A stretch of 62,514 nt of DNA, counting the filler. It is 4 parts of 4 records of this genome, joined end to end, with 100 filler letters (N's around TTAATTAATTAA, not from the genome) between each part and the next. Parts side by side here need not be neighbours in the genome. Positions count along the whole stretch, not along the records: positions 26,659 to 39,132 come from SRR20825019_1199; positions 39,233 to 49,015 come from SRR20825019_1207; 2 more parts are not named here. The stretch is one strand, 5' to 3'. Below the pieces are notes generated by a model that did not search any database, was not told the DNA's origin, and was given only the letters and a program-made list of their open reading frames with translations. Position 1 is the first letter of the stretch. The number at the start of each line of letters is the position of its first letter. Position numbers and translations under genes: made by a program. Positions 32,974 to 41,411 of this stretch are shown here, piece after piece.

Positions 32974-35448
32974 TCATGGCTTGGGCGAGACGATCTCCTG
33001 CCAGGTATCGAGGAATCGTTGCCGCCGCAGCGTATCGAGCGCCACCAACAGGCCTGGACCCAGCGGGATCGGCTGGATAACGCCCCGGCCACGCGCCGCG
33101 ATGGTCTCGCTGGTCCACTCGCCCGCACTGCCCGGCACGACGGCGCCCAGGGCTGTTGGACCGGCCGCCACGGCTTGGCCGGCAGGGGACAGGGCGAAGT
33201 CGACAAACCCCTTGGCGAGCTCTGCATTGGGTGCATCCCTCGGGATCAACATGGACCGCGTCAGCACCAGAACATAGTCATCGGGCACGACGATTTCGAT
33301 GGGCGCGCCTTCCGCCTGCCGGGCAAAGGCATAGGAGCCCAGCACATTGTAGCCCAGCGCCAGCGACCCGTCGGCCACGCCGTTGAGAATGGCCGGGCTC
33401 GACCCCGAAAAGCGGGCATTGACCCGGCCAAAGGCATTGGCCAGCCGCCAGAAGGTCGAGGAGATGGTCTGGTCCTGTGCCGCCAGCAGATAGCCCACGC
33501 CTGAAAGGGCAATGTCGTAGGTGGCGATCTTGCCGCGAAACCGCTCGGTCTGCGTCTCGATCAATTCGGCCAGCGTCAAATGGGTGCGCGGCACTTCATC
33601 GTCGTCGATCAGGTCGCGATTATAGATGATAACGGCCGGCTCGAAGGTGAAGCCGAAGACTTCATTGCGCCAATGGGCCCATTCGGGCAGGGCGCGGAGA
33701 TAGGGACTGTCATAGGCCAGGGCATAGCCGTCATTGGCCAGCTTGAGCTGCAGATCGGAGGCGGAGCTGATGAGCAGGTCCGGCGGGGTTTCCAGCGACC
33801 CATCCAGATAGCGCCGGAACAGCGGCAGGGAGTCGGTTTCCTCATAGACTACCGTGACGTCGCGGCGCTGGGCCTGATAGGCCTCGATGAAATGCGCAAA
33901 GAGCGGCGTATCGGTGACGCCCAGAATGTTGAGAGTCTGGGCCGGGCTGCCGTCCGGAGCGGGATAGATCGTGGTCGCTGCTTCGGTCGGGGTTGGGGAC
34001 AGCGAGAGGGCGGGCATTAGCAGCAGCGCGGCGACCAGGCCAAGGGCTTTGCTGCCACTGGCGCGCCGGGGCAAGGGCAGGGTGATGGCCACGCTCAACC
34101 CGCCGCCCGTCCGGTCCAGCAGGCGCAGACTGCCGCCATGCGCCTGGGCCACGCGGGTAACGATGGAGAGGCCGAGCCCCGAACCCACCTTGCCATTGCT
34201 GGCCTTGCCGCGCTTGAAGCGCTCCAGTACTTCCGTTTTTTCGGCTGCCTCGATGCCCGGTCCGCGATCATTGACCTCGACACTGAGTGCGCCATTGTCG
34301 ATGCGCCCGATAATGTCGATCGGGCCGTCGGAATAGACCAGCGCATTGTCCACCACATTGCGCATCATTTCGCGCAGGGCCACGCGGTCCCCGCGCAGCG
34401 GGGCTTCTGCGGCCTGGCCCAGTGCGATCTGCAACCGCTGGGACTGATCGGGGTCGAGGCGCTGGCGCACATCCCCGATCACTGAAGCGAGCGTGGTGGT
34501 TTCGATTTCGCTGTTTTCCATGCGGTGGGAAATCGTCGCCTCCATCAGAAGCTGGCTGACCAATTGGCTGGCCTGCACGGCCCCGGTGTGAATGCGCCCG
34601 ATGCGCCGGCGCAGGGCCTCGGGGTCCTGCTCATCCATGGCGACCTCTGCCTGGGCGCGCAGCGAAGCCAGGGGTGTGCGCACCTCATGGGCGGCCTCGG
34701 CGACCAGCCCGCTCACCCGCTCCATGGCCTTCTGCAACCGGGCCATGAAGCCATTGAGCGCGGAGACGAGATGCTCCACTTCGCTCGGCACCGGTACGGT
34801 GATGGGGGAGAGGTCGTCTGGCGAACGGGCACGCAATTCATGCTCCAGCTCGGTCAGGGGCGCAAACATGCGGGAAATACCGAACCAGACCAGGCCAATG
34901 GCCAACAGGGTCAGCGCCAGCACCGGCAGCACGGCATTGGAGAGGATTTCATTGGACAGCGCCTCGCGCTGATTCTGCGTTTCGGCGACATGGATGGTCA
35001 CCCAGCCCGTATCGCTCGGGGTGGAGATCAGGCGCCCGACGCTGGCCACGCGCGCGATCTCGCCGCGATAGAGGATGTCGGTGAAGCTGGGCTCGGACGA
35101 CACCGTCTCGCCCATCTGTGCCGCCAGGTCCTCATAGCCGGTCACCGTGCGGGCATCGGGATCTTCCACGGCGTAGAACACCCGGTCCTGCCCCGAAAAC
35201 ATGGCGAAGGCGGCGAAGGGGATTTCCACCACCACCGCCTCATTCTCAACCTGCACGGCGCCGGCAATGGTCAGCGCCGAGGCGGCCAGCAGCCGGTCGA
35301 AAGCGCGGTCGGAAGCGCGCTCGGCATAATCGCGAATAAAGACGATCAACACCACCGAGGCCGCCAGCAGCAAAGCAAGGGCCAGCGCGAAGATGCGGCG
35401 GCGGATCGAGAAGGGTCTCTGCCGTGTGGCAGTCGCCGTCCTATCCAT
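32974..35448 (-). CDS. TctE-like sensor histidine kinase fused to a C-terminal ABC-type solute-binding domain
   Basis: TM-periplasmic-TM-HAMP, H-box EAAHEVRTPL, N-box NVVDNAL, DRGPGI, GSGLGL; then a signal-like hydrophobic segment and SBP (DLLISSASDLQLKLANDG, GFTFEPAVIIYN, YNVLGSY). Confidence 0.85.
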   Translation of the reverse strand: MDRTATATRQRPFSIRRRIFALALALLLAASVVLIVFIRDYAERASDRAFDRLLAASALTIAGAVQVENEAVVVEIPFAAFAMFSGQDRVFYAVEDPDARTVTGYEDLAAQMGETVSSEPSFTDILYRGEIARVASVGRLISTPSDTGWVTIHVAETQNQREALSNEILSNAVLPVLALTLLAIGLVWFGISRMFAPLTELEHELRARSPDDLSPITVPVPSEVEHLVSALNGFMARLQKAMERVSGLVAEAAHEVRTPLASLRAQAEVAMDEQDPEALRRRIGRIHTGAVQASQLVSQLLMEATISHRMENSEIETTTLASVIGDVRQRLDPDQSQRLQIALGQAAEAPLRGDRVALREMMRNVVDNALVYSDGPIDIIGRIDNGALSVEVNDRGPGIEAAEKTEVLERFKRGKASNGKVGSGLGLSIVTRVAQAHGGSLRLLDRTGGGLSVAITLPLPRRASGSKALGLVAALLLMPALSLSPTPTEAATTIYPAPDGSPAQTLNILGVTDTPLFAHFIEAYQAQRRDVTVVYEETDSLPLFRRYLDGSLETPPDLLISSASDLQLKLANDGYALAYDSPYLRALPEWAHWRNEVFGFTFEPAVIIYNRDLIDDDEVPRTHLTLAELIETQTERFRGKIATYDIALSGVGYLLAAQDQTISSTFWRLANAFGRVNARFSGSSPAILNGVADGSLALGYNVLGSYAFARQAEGAPIEIVVPDDYVLVLTRSMLIPRDAPNAELAKGFVDFALSPAGQAVAAGPTALGAVVPGSAGEWTSETIAARGRGVIQPIPLGPGLLVALDTLRRQRFLDTWQEIVSPKP

Positions 35449-36112
35449 CGCTCACCCGCACCACATAGCCCACGCCGCGCACCGTGCCGATCTCGATATT
35501 GGCCGCCTCCAGCTTCTTGCGCAGGCGCGAGATATGCAGTTCGAGCGCATTGACCGAGACATTCTCGTCGAAATTGAAGAGCTGGTTCATCAACCGCTCC
35601 TTGGCGACCACCTTGCCGGCATGGGCGACCAGGATTTCCAGCAGCCGGAATTCGCGGCGCCCCAGTTCCAGGGCCTTGCCCGCCACCGAAGCATTGAGAC
35701 CAGCCAGGTCGAGTTCAAGATTGCCCACGGACACCGTGCTCGAGGCCTGCCCGCCGGTGCGCCGCAACAGGGCGCGCAACCGTGCTTCGAGCTCGCGCAG
35801 GTCGAAGGGTTTGACCAGATAATCATCGGCCCCCAGATCGAGCAGGCTGACCTTGTCGTCGATTTCGGAGCGGGCGGTAATGACCAGGATCGGCGCATTG
35901 AATTTGTGCCGGCGCAATTCGGCGATCAGGCTGATGCCATCGCGGTTGGGCAGCATGAGATCGAGCGCAACCGCATCGAATGGCTCTGCCTCCGCGGTGG
36001 GGAGCACATCGTCTCCATCCCGCACCCATTCGACCGAATGCCCGGCCGAGCGCAGGCGCTTTTCAATGGCCTCGCCCAGATCCTCATTGTCCTCCACCAG
36101 CAATATGCGCAT
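35441..36112 (-). CDS. tctD: OmpR-family response regulator (TctD-like)
   Basis: MRILLVED, LDLMLP, GADDYLVKPF, TVRGVGY; overlaps the kinase start; tct operon nearby. Confidence 0.85.
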   Translation of the reverse strand: MRILLVEDNEDLGEAIEKRLRSAGHSVEWVRDGDDVLPTAEAEPFDAVALDLMLPNRDGISLIAELRRHKFNAPILVITARSEIDDKVSLLDLGADDYLVKPFDLRELEARLRALLRRTGGQASSTVSVGNLELDLAGLNASVAGKALELGRREFRLLEILVAHAGKVVAKERLMNQLFNFDENVSVNALELHISRLRKKLEAANIEIGTVRGVGYVVRVSDG

Positions 36113-36186
36113 TGGTCCTCCTGATGCCGGACACTAGTGCATTGGCTGGGATGGTGGAAATTGGAATTGCGGCGGATAGCCGCTGG

Positions 36187-36378
36187 TCAGGAGCGGATCG
36201 GCTCGCCGCGCAAGAGAGCCGAGAAGCGCGCGCCCAGTGTGCGGAGCTGGCGCCACAACCCCGAGAGCTGAAGGCCGGACGGGTCGGCATAATCGGCCAG
36301 CATGGTCTCGGCGATCGCTTTGCCTTCGCGCACGATTCGGCGCTCGATCAGATCCTGTCCGGCGTTGGGAACGCGCAT
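36187..36378 (-). CDS. Small hypothetical protein (63 aa)
   Basis: AGGAGG RBS just upstream of the ATG; fills the intergenic gap. Confidence 0.5.
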   Translation of the reverse strand: MRVPNAGQDLIERRIVREGKAIAETMLADYADPSGLQLSGLWRQLRTLGARFSALLRGEPIRS

Positions 36379-36394
36379 GCCCGGCCTCCTATGG

Positions 36395-36410
36395 TTGATG
36401 AAACCTTAAC
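36395..36410. promoter_or_regulatory. Putative CtrA box
   Basis: TTGA-N7-TTAAC, one mismatch to TTAA-N7-TTAAC, between the divergent small ORF and PilZ gene. Confidence 0.4.
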
Positions 36411-36548
36411 AGGCGCCTGCCGGCCTGTCCGCAAACTTGCGGCCGCATGGTTTACGCCGGGGCAGGGCGCTGTGGACAAGCGGGCGATGCATCGACTTGC
36501 GCATGCCGCGTTAAGGGGCCGGCAACGGAGCACGGCTAGCGTTGGGCC

Positions 36549-36866
36549 ATGCATTTCGACAAGTCCCGCGGTTCTGCGGCTTCGCCCCTATTGCTCGAAC
36601 GCCGGATCGCCCCGCGCCGGAACACCTATATCCAGGCCAGCATCGCCATGGGCTTCACCAGTCTGCCCTGCATCGTGCGCAATGTGTCCGATACCGGCGC
36701 CAAGCTCGAAGTGGCACGCGTCGCCGGTATTCCCGATCGCTTCGATCTGATCGTGCCTGGTCACCGGCCGCAGCCCTGCCGCGTGGTCTGGCGCTCGCTC
36801 AAGGAAATCGGTGTTGAATATCAGGCCGCGCGACACGAGCCGGCGGATAATCTGAACCAGCCTTGA
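36549..36866 (+). CDS. Single-domain PilZ protein
   Basis: RxxxR (RIAPR) and NxSxxG (NVSDTG) c-di-GMP motifs; CRVVWR. Confidence 0.85.
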   Translation: MHFDKSRGSAASPLLLERRIAPRRNTYIQASIAMGFTSLPCIVRNVSDTGAKLEVARVAGIPDRFDLIVPGHRPQPCRVVWRSLKEIGVEYQAARHEPADNLNQP

Positions 36867-37210
36867 TCGACGCGTCGCGCGGCGGCGCCATGCACACACG
36901 ATATGGTGGCCATGCACGGGCGGTGCATCACCACCTGTGGATAGTCGGCGATTTCCTCTGCGCTGTCGTAAGGGCGCCAAAAATTCTGCGCTTGACAGTT
37001 TTGGCGCTGGGGAGAATCGGGACTTTCCCCTATGGTGAATGCGCGGTTAATCGCTGATCACACCTGCCGAACAGTGAGATTTTCCGTGGCTTTAGCGCCG
37101 GACTCTAGTGCGGCTGAGAGGCTGGATGAACTCGGTGAAGCACCGATCAAATCGGCGCCACAACAGCGCTGTTTTGCTTGATATTTGTCCCCATAATCCA
37201 CATATTACCC

Positions 37211-37256
37211 ATACCATCCCTTGTTTGAAACCAGGGGTGGGCCACTAGGTGTTGTG
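37211..37256. promoter_or_regulatory. Putative tandem NrdR boxes
   Basis: CCACTAGGTGTTGTG (37242-37256) resembles acaCwAtATaTwGtg; a weaker copy ATACCATCCCTTGTT lies 31 nt upstream; both precede nrdHIE. Confidence 0.5.
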
Positions 37257-37463
37257 ATTTTCTGACGTTGACGACAGCGATGAATCGCACGAACCTGATC
37301 CTCGGTCCGGCGCTTGGTTTCAAGCTACGGACAAGCCCTCGGAACAAGCATTGGCGATACGACTGATGCAGGGCCGGGGCACGGGGCAAGTTCTTGGGTC
37401 CGCCCTCCCGCGGGCCCGGGGTTGGTAACAGCGTCAACGACAGACCGGACGAAGCCGGATTAC

Positions 37464-37590
37464 GGCAGGCGGGCGTGTGCGCGCTCGTGACTTGGGAATG
37501 ACTGAAGCGATGGTTCGCGCGTTGAACTTTGAAGCGATGCCAGAGCGGTCCTGTGAGGGGCCAGGTCGTATCCATGCCAGAAGGCCTGCC
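37464..37590 (+). ncRNA. Divergent cobalamin-riboswitch-like element
   Basis: P1 GGCAGGC/GCCTGCC, GGGAA, GAACTTTGAA, GCCAGAG-hairpin-AGG, B12-box-like GCCAGAAGGCCTGCC; upstream of a B12-independent RNR operon. Confidence 0.5.
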
Positions 37591-37658
37591 TTGCACCCAA
37601 ACGTCCACCCGCGGATGGCTCGCGCCCTCCGTGCAATATCAGTCCTGTGAGGATTACG

Positions 37659-37880
37659 ATGAGCATCACCGTCTACAGCAAGCCCGCCTGCGTCCAGTGC
37701 ACCGCCACCACCCGTGCGCTCGACCGCAAGGGCCTCGACTATACCATTGTCGACATCTCCGCCGACGCCGACGCCTATGCGCGCGTTGAAGAGATGGGCT
37801 ATCGCCAGGTTCCCGTAGTCGTGGCTGGTGACATGCACTGGGCCGGTTTCCGTCCCGACATGATCGGCAATCTGGCCTGA
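37659..37880 (+). CDS. nrdH: Glutaredoxin-like NrdH
   Basis: [24 protein letters not shown]. Confidence 0.96.
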   Translation: MSITVYSKPACVQCTATTRALDRKGLDYTIVDISADADAYARVEEMGYRQVPVVVAGDMHWAGFRPDMIGNLA

Positions 37881-37902
37881 TTTCGTGGAGCAGGGCCCGG
37901 AC

Positions 37903-38307
37903 ATGAGCGGCCTCGTCTATTACTCCAGCACCTCGGAAAACACCCACCGCTTCATTGAAAAGCTGGGTGTGAGCGGGGTGCGATTACCGGTGGACGCTGC
38001 CAGCGAACCGCCGGTGATGGACGAGCCTTTCGTGCTGGTGCTGCCCACTTATGGGGGTGGGGATGGCAAGGGCGCTGTGCCCAAGCCGGTTATCCGCTTC
38101 CTCAATGTCGCGAATAATCGCGATCTCATCCGCGGCGTTATCGCCGCGGGAAACACAAATTTCGGCACCGGCTACTGCCTTGCGGGCAATATCGTCTCGC
38201 AAAAGTGCGCCGTGCCGCTCCTCTATCGCTTCGAATTGCTCGGAACCGATGAGGATGTCACCAACGTCAGACAGGGACTGGAACGGTTTTGGACACGCTC
38301 ACATTAG
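37903..38307 (+). CDS. nrdI: Flavodoxin-like NrdI
   Basis: [35 protein letters not shown]. Confidence 0.96.
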   Translation: MSGLVYYSSTSENTHRFIEKLGVSGVRLPVDAASEPPVMDEPFVLVLPTYGGGDGKGAVPKPVIRFLNVANNRDLIRGVIAAGNTNFGTGYCLAGNIVSQKCAVPLLYRFELLGTDEDVTNVRQGLERFWTRSH

Positions 38308-39132
38308 ACCGCACCGAAGAACGACCGGCCGGTAAGCCTTCTCAGGATAAGAACGAGCAGGCGCTGGATTATCATGCGCTCAATGCCATGCTCAATCTCT
38401 ATGATGAGCAGGGCAAGATCCAGTTCGACAAGGACCGGCAGGCCGCCCACCAGTACTTCTTGCAGCATGTGAACCAGAACACGGTGTTCTTTCACAATCT
38501 GCGCGAGAAGCTGACCTATCTGGTCGAGGAAGGCTATTACGAGCAGGACGTGCTCGATCATTATTCCTTCAACTTCGTGCGTGACCTCTACGATTACGCC
38601 TACGACAAGAAATTCCGCTTCCCCACCTTCCTGGGTGCGTTCAAGTATTACACCAGCTACACGCTCAAGACCTTTGACGGTAAGCGTTATCTCGAGCGCT
38701 ATGAGGACCGCGTCTGCATGGTCGCGCTGGCCCTGGCGCGCGGCGACGAAGTGCTGGCCAGGAACCTGGTCGACGAGATCATTTCCGGCCGCTTCCAGCC
38801 CGCGACCCCGACCTTCCTCAATGCCGGCAAGAAGCAGCGCGGCGAGCTCGTCTCGTGCTTCCTGCTGCGTGTCGAAGACAATATGGAATCCATCGGCCGG
38901 GCCATCAATTCGGCGCTGCAGCTGTCCAAGCGCGGCGGCGGCGTGGCGCTGAGCCTGACCAATATCCGCGAGATGGGTGCCCCCATCAAGCAGATCGAGA
39001 ACCAGTCCTCGGGCGTGCTGCCGGTGATGAAGCTGCTTGAAGACAGCTTCTCCTATGCCAACCAGCTCGGCGCGCGCCAGGGTGCGGGTGCGGTGTACCT
39101 CCACGCCCACCACCCCGACATCATGCGCTTCC
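38289..39132 (+). CDS. nrdE: Class Ib ribonucleotide reductase alpha subunit, 3'-truncated by contig end
   Basis: [44 protein letters not shown]. Confidence 0.96.
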
Positions 39133-39232
39133 NNNNNNNNNNNNNNNNNNNNNNNNNNNNNNNNNNNNNNNNNNNNTTAATTAATTAANNNNNNNNNNNN
39201 NNNNNNNNNNNNNNNNNNNNNNNNNNNNNNNN
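39133..39232. other. Artificial contig linker
   Basis: N44-TTAATTAATTAA-N44. Confidence 0.99.
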
Positions 39233-39351
39233 CATCCCGGTCATGAAGTTCGAGAAGGGGGCATGAGCCCCCTTTTCCTCTCGCGGGGAAATCGAGGTGG
39301 AAGAGCAGGCTTCCACCTGATATTTTGGAAGAAAGCCTGCTGGATCACGAT

Positions 39352-39609
39352 ATGTCTCACTCTGTCGCTCAACTTGAGGTGTTCCCGACCGACCTGCAGA
39401 TGCGGCGGATCGATCCAGCCTGCAACATGCGGCGGTTTTACCGCATGAGCATTCAGCCCGATCTCTTTGGGGGCGCCAGCTTGGTGCGCGAATGGGGCAG
39501 CATTGGCGCGCGCGGGCAGATGATGATTGAGCAGCATCCAGATGAAGGGCGCGCCGTAACCGCGCTGATGAAACTTGCGGCGATAAAGAAGCGGCGGGGT
39601 TATGCATGA
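39352..39609 (+). CDS. Stand-alone WGR-domain protein
   Basis: RRIDPACNMRRFY...DLFGGASLVREWGSIG...KKRRGY (WGR motif reads WGS here). Confidence 0.85.
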   Translation: MSHSVAQLEVFPTDLQMRRIDPACNMRRFYRMSIQPDLFGGASLVREWGSIGARGQMMIEQHPDEGRAVTALMKLAAIKKRRGYA

Positions 39610-39659
39610 TGCGCGGCCGCGGTTCGAAAAGCGGGCAGACACAGGAAAACGAGGGGGAG

Positions 39660-39890
39660 ATGGCACTCGACACTGACAAGATCGATGATGCGGCTCTCGC
39701 GATCCTTAGCCTGACGCTGCATTACGGCGATCAGGTCTGGAAGGGAATCGATTGGGCCATCACCAACCGGCTTTTCGAGAAAGGCCTGATTTTTGATCCC
39801 AAAAACAAGGCGAAATCGTTGAGCCTGACCCCAGAAGGGGTCGCGCATGCGCGGGAAATTCTCGCGCGGGAGTTCAGCAAGGCCGAGTGA
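39660..39890 (+). CDS. DUF6429-like small winged-helix protein
   Basis: DKIDDAALAIL...WKGIDW...RLFEKGLIFDPKNKAKSLSLTPEG; RBS GAGGGGGAG. Confidence 0.75.
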   Translation: MALDTDKIDDAALAILSLTLHYGDQVWKGIDWAITNRLFEKGLIFDPKNKAKSLSLTPEGVAHAREILAREFSKAE

Positions 39891-40277
39891 CGGGCGGCTT
39901 TGCGGGACCTTACAGTCGTTCGCTGCATCTGCGCGCAATTTGCTCGCATCCGCATTTGCAGCATCAGCAACGCGCAGGGCGGCAAGCGGGCGTTCGCTGC
40001 GCTCCCGTCGAAAATCACCTGTCCTTCTGAAAGCAGTCATTCATTTGGGCGTAGAAACCAGTCGGCCGATCGGATGATCCGCCGCACTACACCGAGGCGC
40101 CTCCAGCAGAATCAACCTTGAAGCTGTTGGAAAGCCAGAGGGAATAGCCGAAAATCCCCGTTCTCTCTAACCCTACATCTTGTATCATGTTGCCTCAACC
40201 GCAATATCCGTAGTATGCTTTTGGTGAGCTGTTGCGTCAGCGATGGTGCGTATTATTGACCAATACTGAGGCAAACA

Positions 40278-41411
40278 ATGTTTGATGAACCTAAGGTGAT
40301 GTTCTGGCCAGTCGGCACAGGGGATAGCACAACTGTTGTCGTCCAGAATGGCATTGTTTTGCAGGTTGACTTGCGAGATCTTCATAGCGCTGGCGATGCA
40401 GACGATGATCATGCTGCCTTGGTCGACAAACTCGTAGAAAACCTCCCCACAGTGAACGGCAAACCATATCTTTCAACCTTTGCTTTGACCCACCCTGATA
40501 AAGATCACATTCAGGGCTTCCACGATTTGCTTGATCGCGTCACGATTGGCGAAATCTGGTTTACCCCGCGCGTCTTCATCGAGAACGATCAGGATTTGTG
40601 CGATGATGCAGTAGCCTTCAAAGAAGAAGCCGAGCGCCGTGTTCAAGAAACGATCAACTCAGGTGGTGACGTTGGCGCAGGTGATCGGGTCAGACTCATC
40701 GGATACGATGCCCTTCTCAAAGAAGATCACTTCGTCGGCTTCCCGGAAGATCGCCTGACTGTTCCTGGCAACTCGATAACAGAAATTGACGGTGTCGATT
40801 ACGAGGGAGACTTCAACGCGTTCATCCATGCACCATTCGCGGAAGAAACTGATGGTGACCGCAACAACACAAGCCTTTGCATGCAGGTTGTTCTGGGTGA
40901 TAACCCTTCCAAAGGGGGCGTTCTCCTGTTCGGCGACATTGCCTACCCGCGTCTGCGCAAGATCATCGACAAGACCAAGGAGGCTGGCAACGAGGAGTAC
41001 CTCGCCTGGAAAGTGTTCCTTGCACCGCATCATTGCAGCAAGTCGGCCATGTACCAAAAGGAAGGCGACAAAGAAGTTCTCAAGCAGGATATTCTTGATG
41101 ATCTGGCGGAGTATCAGGTTGATGGCGGCGTGATTGTCGCCAGCAGCGAAAAAATTCCCTTGCAGAATGCATCTGGCGAAAATCCACCGCACGCAAAAGC
41201 GAAGAAACGCTACGAAGAAATCGCTGATGGAGGTTTCCTCTGCACTCACGAGGATGGAGAAGACGGAGAGCCCCTGGTCTTTGATGTTTCCGACGGCGCG
41301 CTAGACGCTCCAGAAGTTGCGCAAGCGGCCGCTGCAAGGAAACTTGCCGATGCGGTTGATGATGCGCGCGGATCAGACAGCCCGCCCTCGGAACAGGTCG
41401 GGTATGGCTGA
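40278..41411 (+). CDS. ComEC/Rec2-type metallo-beta-lactamase-fold hydrolase with C-terminal ...VGYG tail
   Basis: VGTGDS, THPDKDHIQG (HxDxDH), NNTSL, FGDI, APHHCS; low-complexity linker ending in Gly. Confidence 0.88.
   Translation: MFDEPKVMFWPVGTGDSTTVVVQNGIVLQVDLRDLHSAGDADDDHAALVDKLVENLPTVNGKPYLSTFALTHPDKDHIQGFHDLLDRVTIGEIWFTPRVFIENDQDLCDDAVAFKEEAERRVQETINSGGDVGAGDRVRLIGYDALLKEDHFVGFPEDRLTVPGNSITEIDGVDYEGDFNAFIHAPFAEETDGDRNNTSLCMQVVLGDNPSKGGVLLFGDIAYPRLRKIIDKTKEAGNEEYLAWKVFLAPHHCSKSAMYQKEGDKEVLKQDILDDLAEYQVDGGVIVASSEKIPLQNASGENPPHAKAKKRYEEIADGGFLCTHEDGEDGEPLVFDVSDGALDAPEVAQAAAARKLADAVDDARGSDSPPSEQVGYG

Noticed and set aside
27126-35553. Long antisense ORFs (27126-28355, 31071-32153, 34525-35553; likewise 50638-51558, 55242-56234)
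   Set aside because: Shadow frames of well-supported GC-rich genes on the opposite strand.
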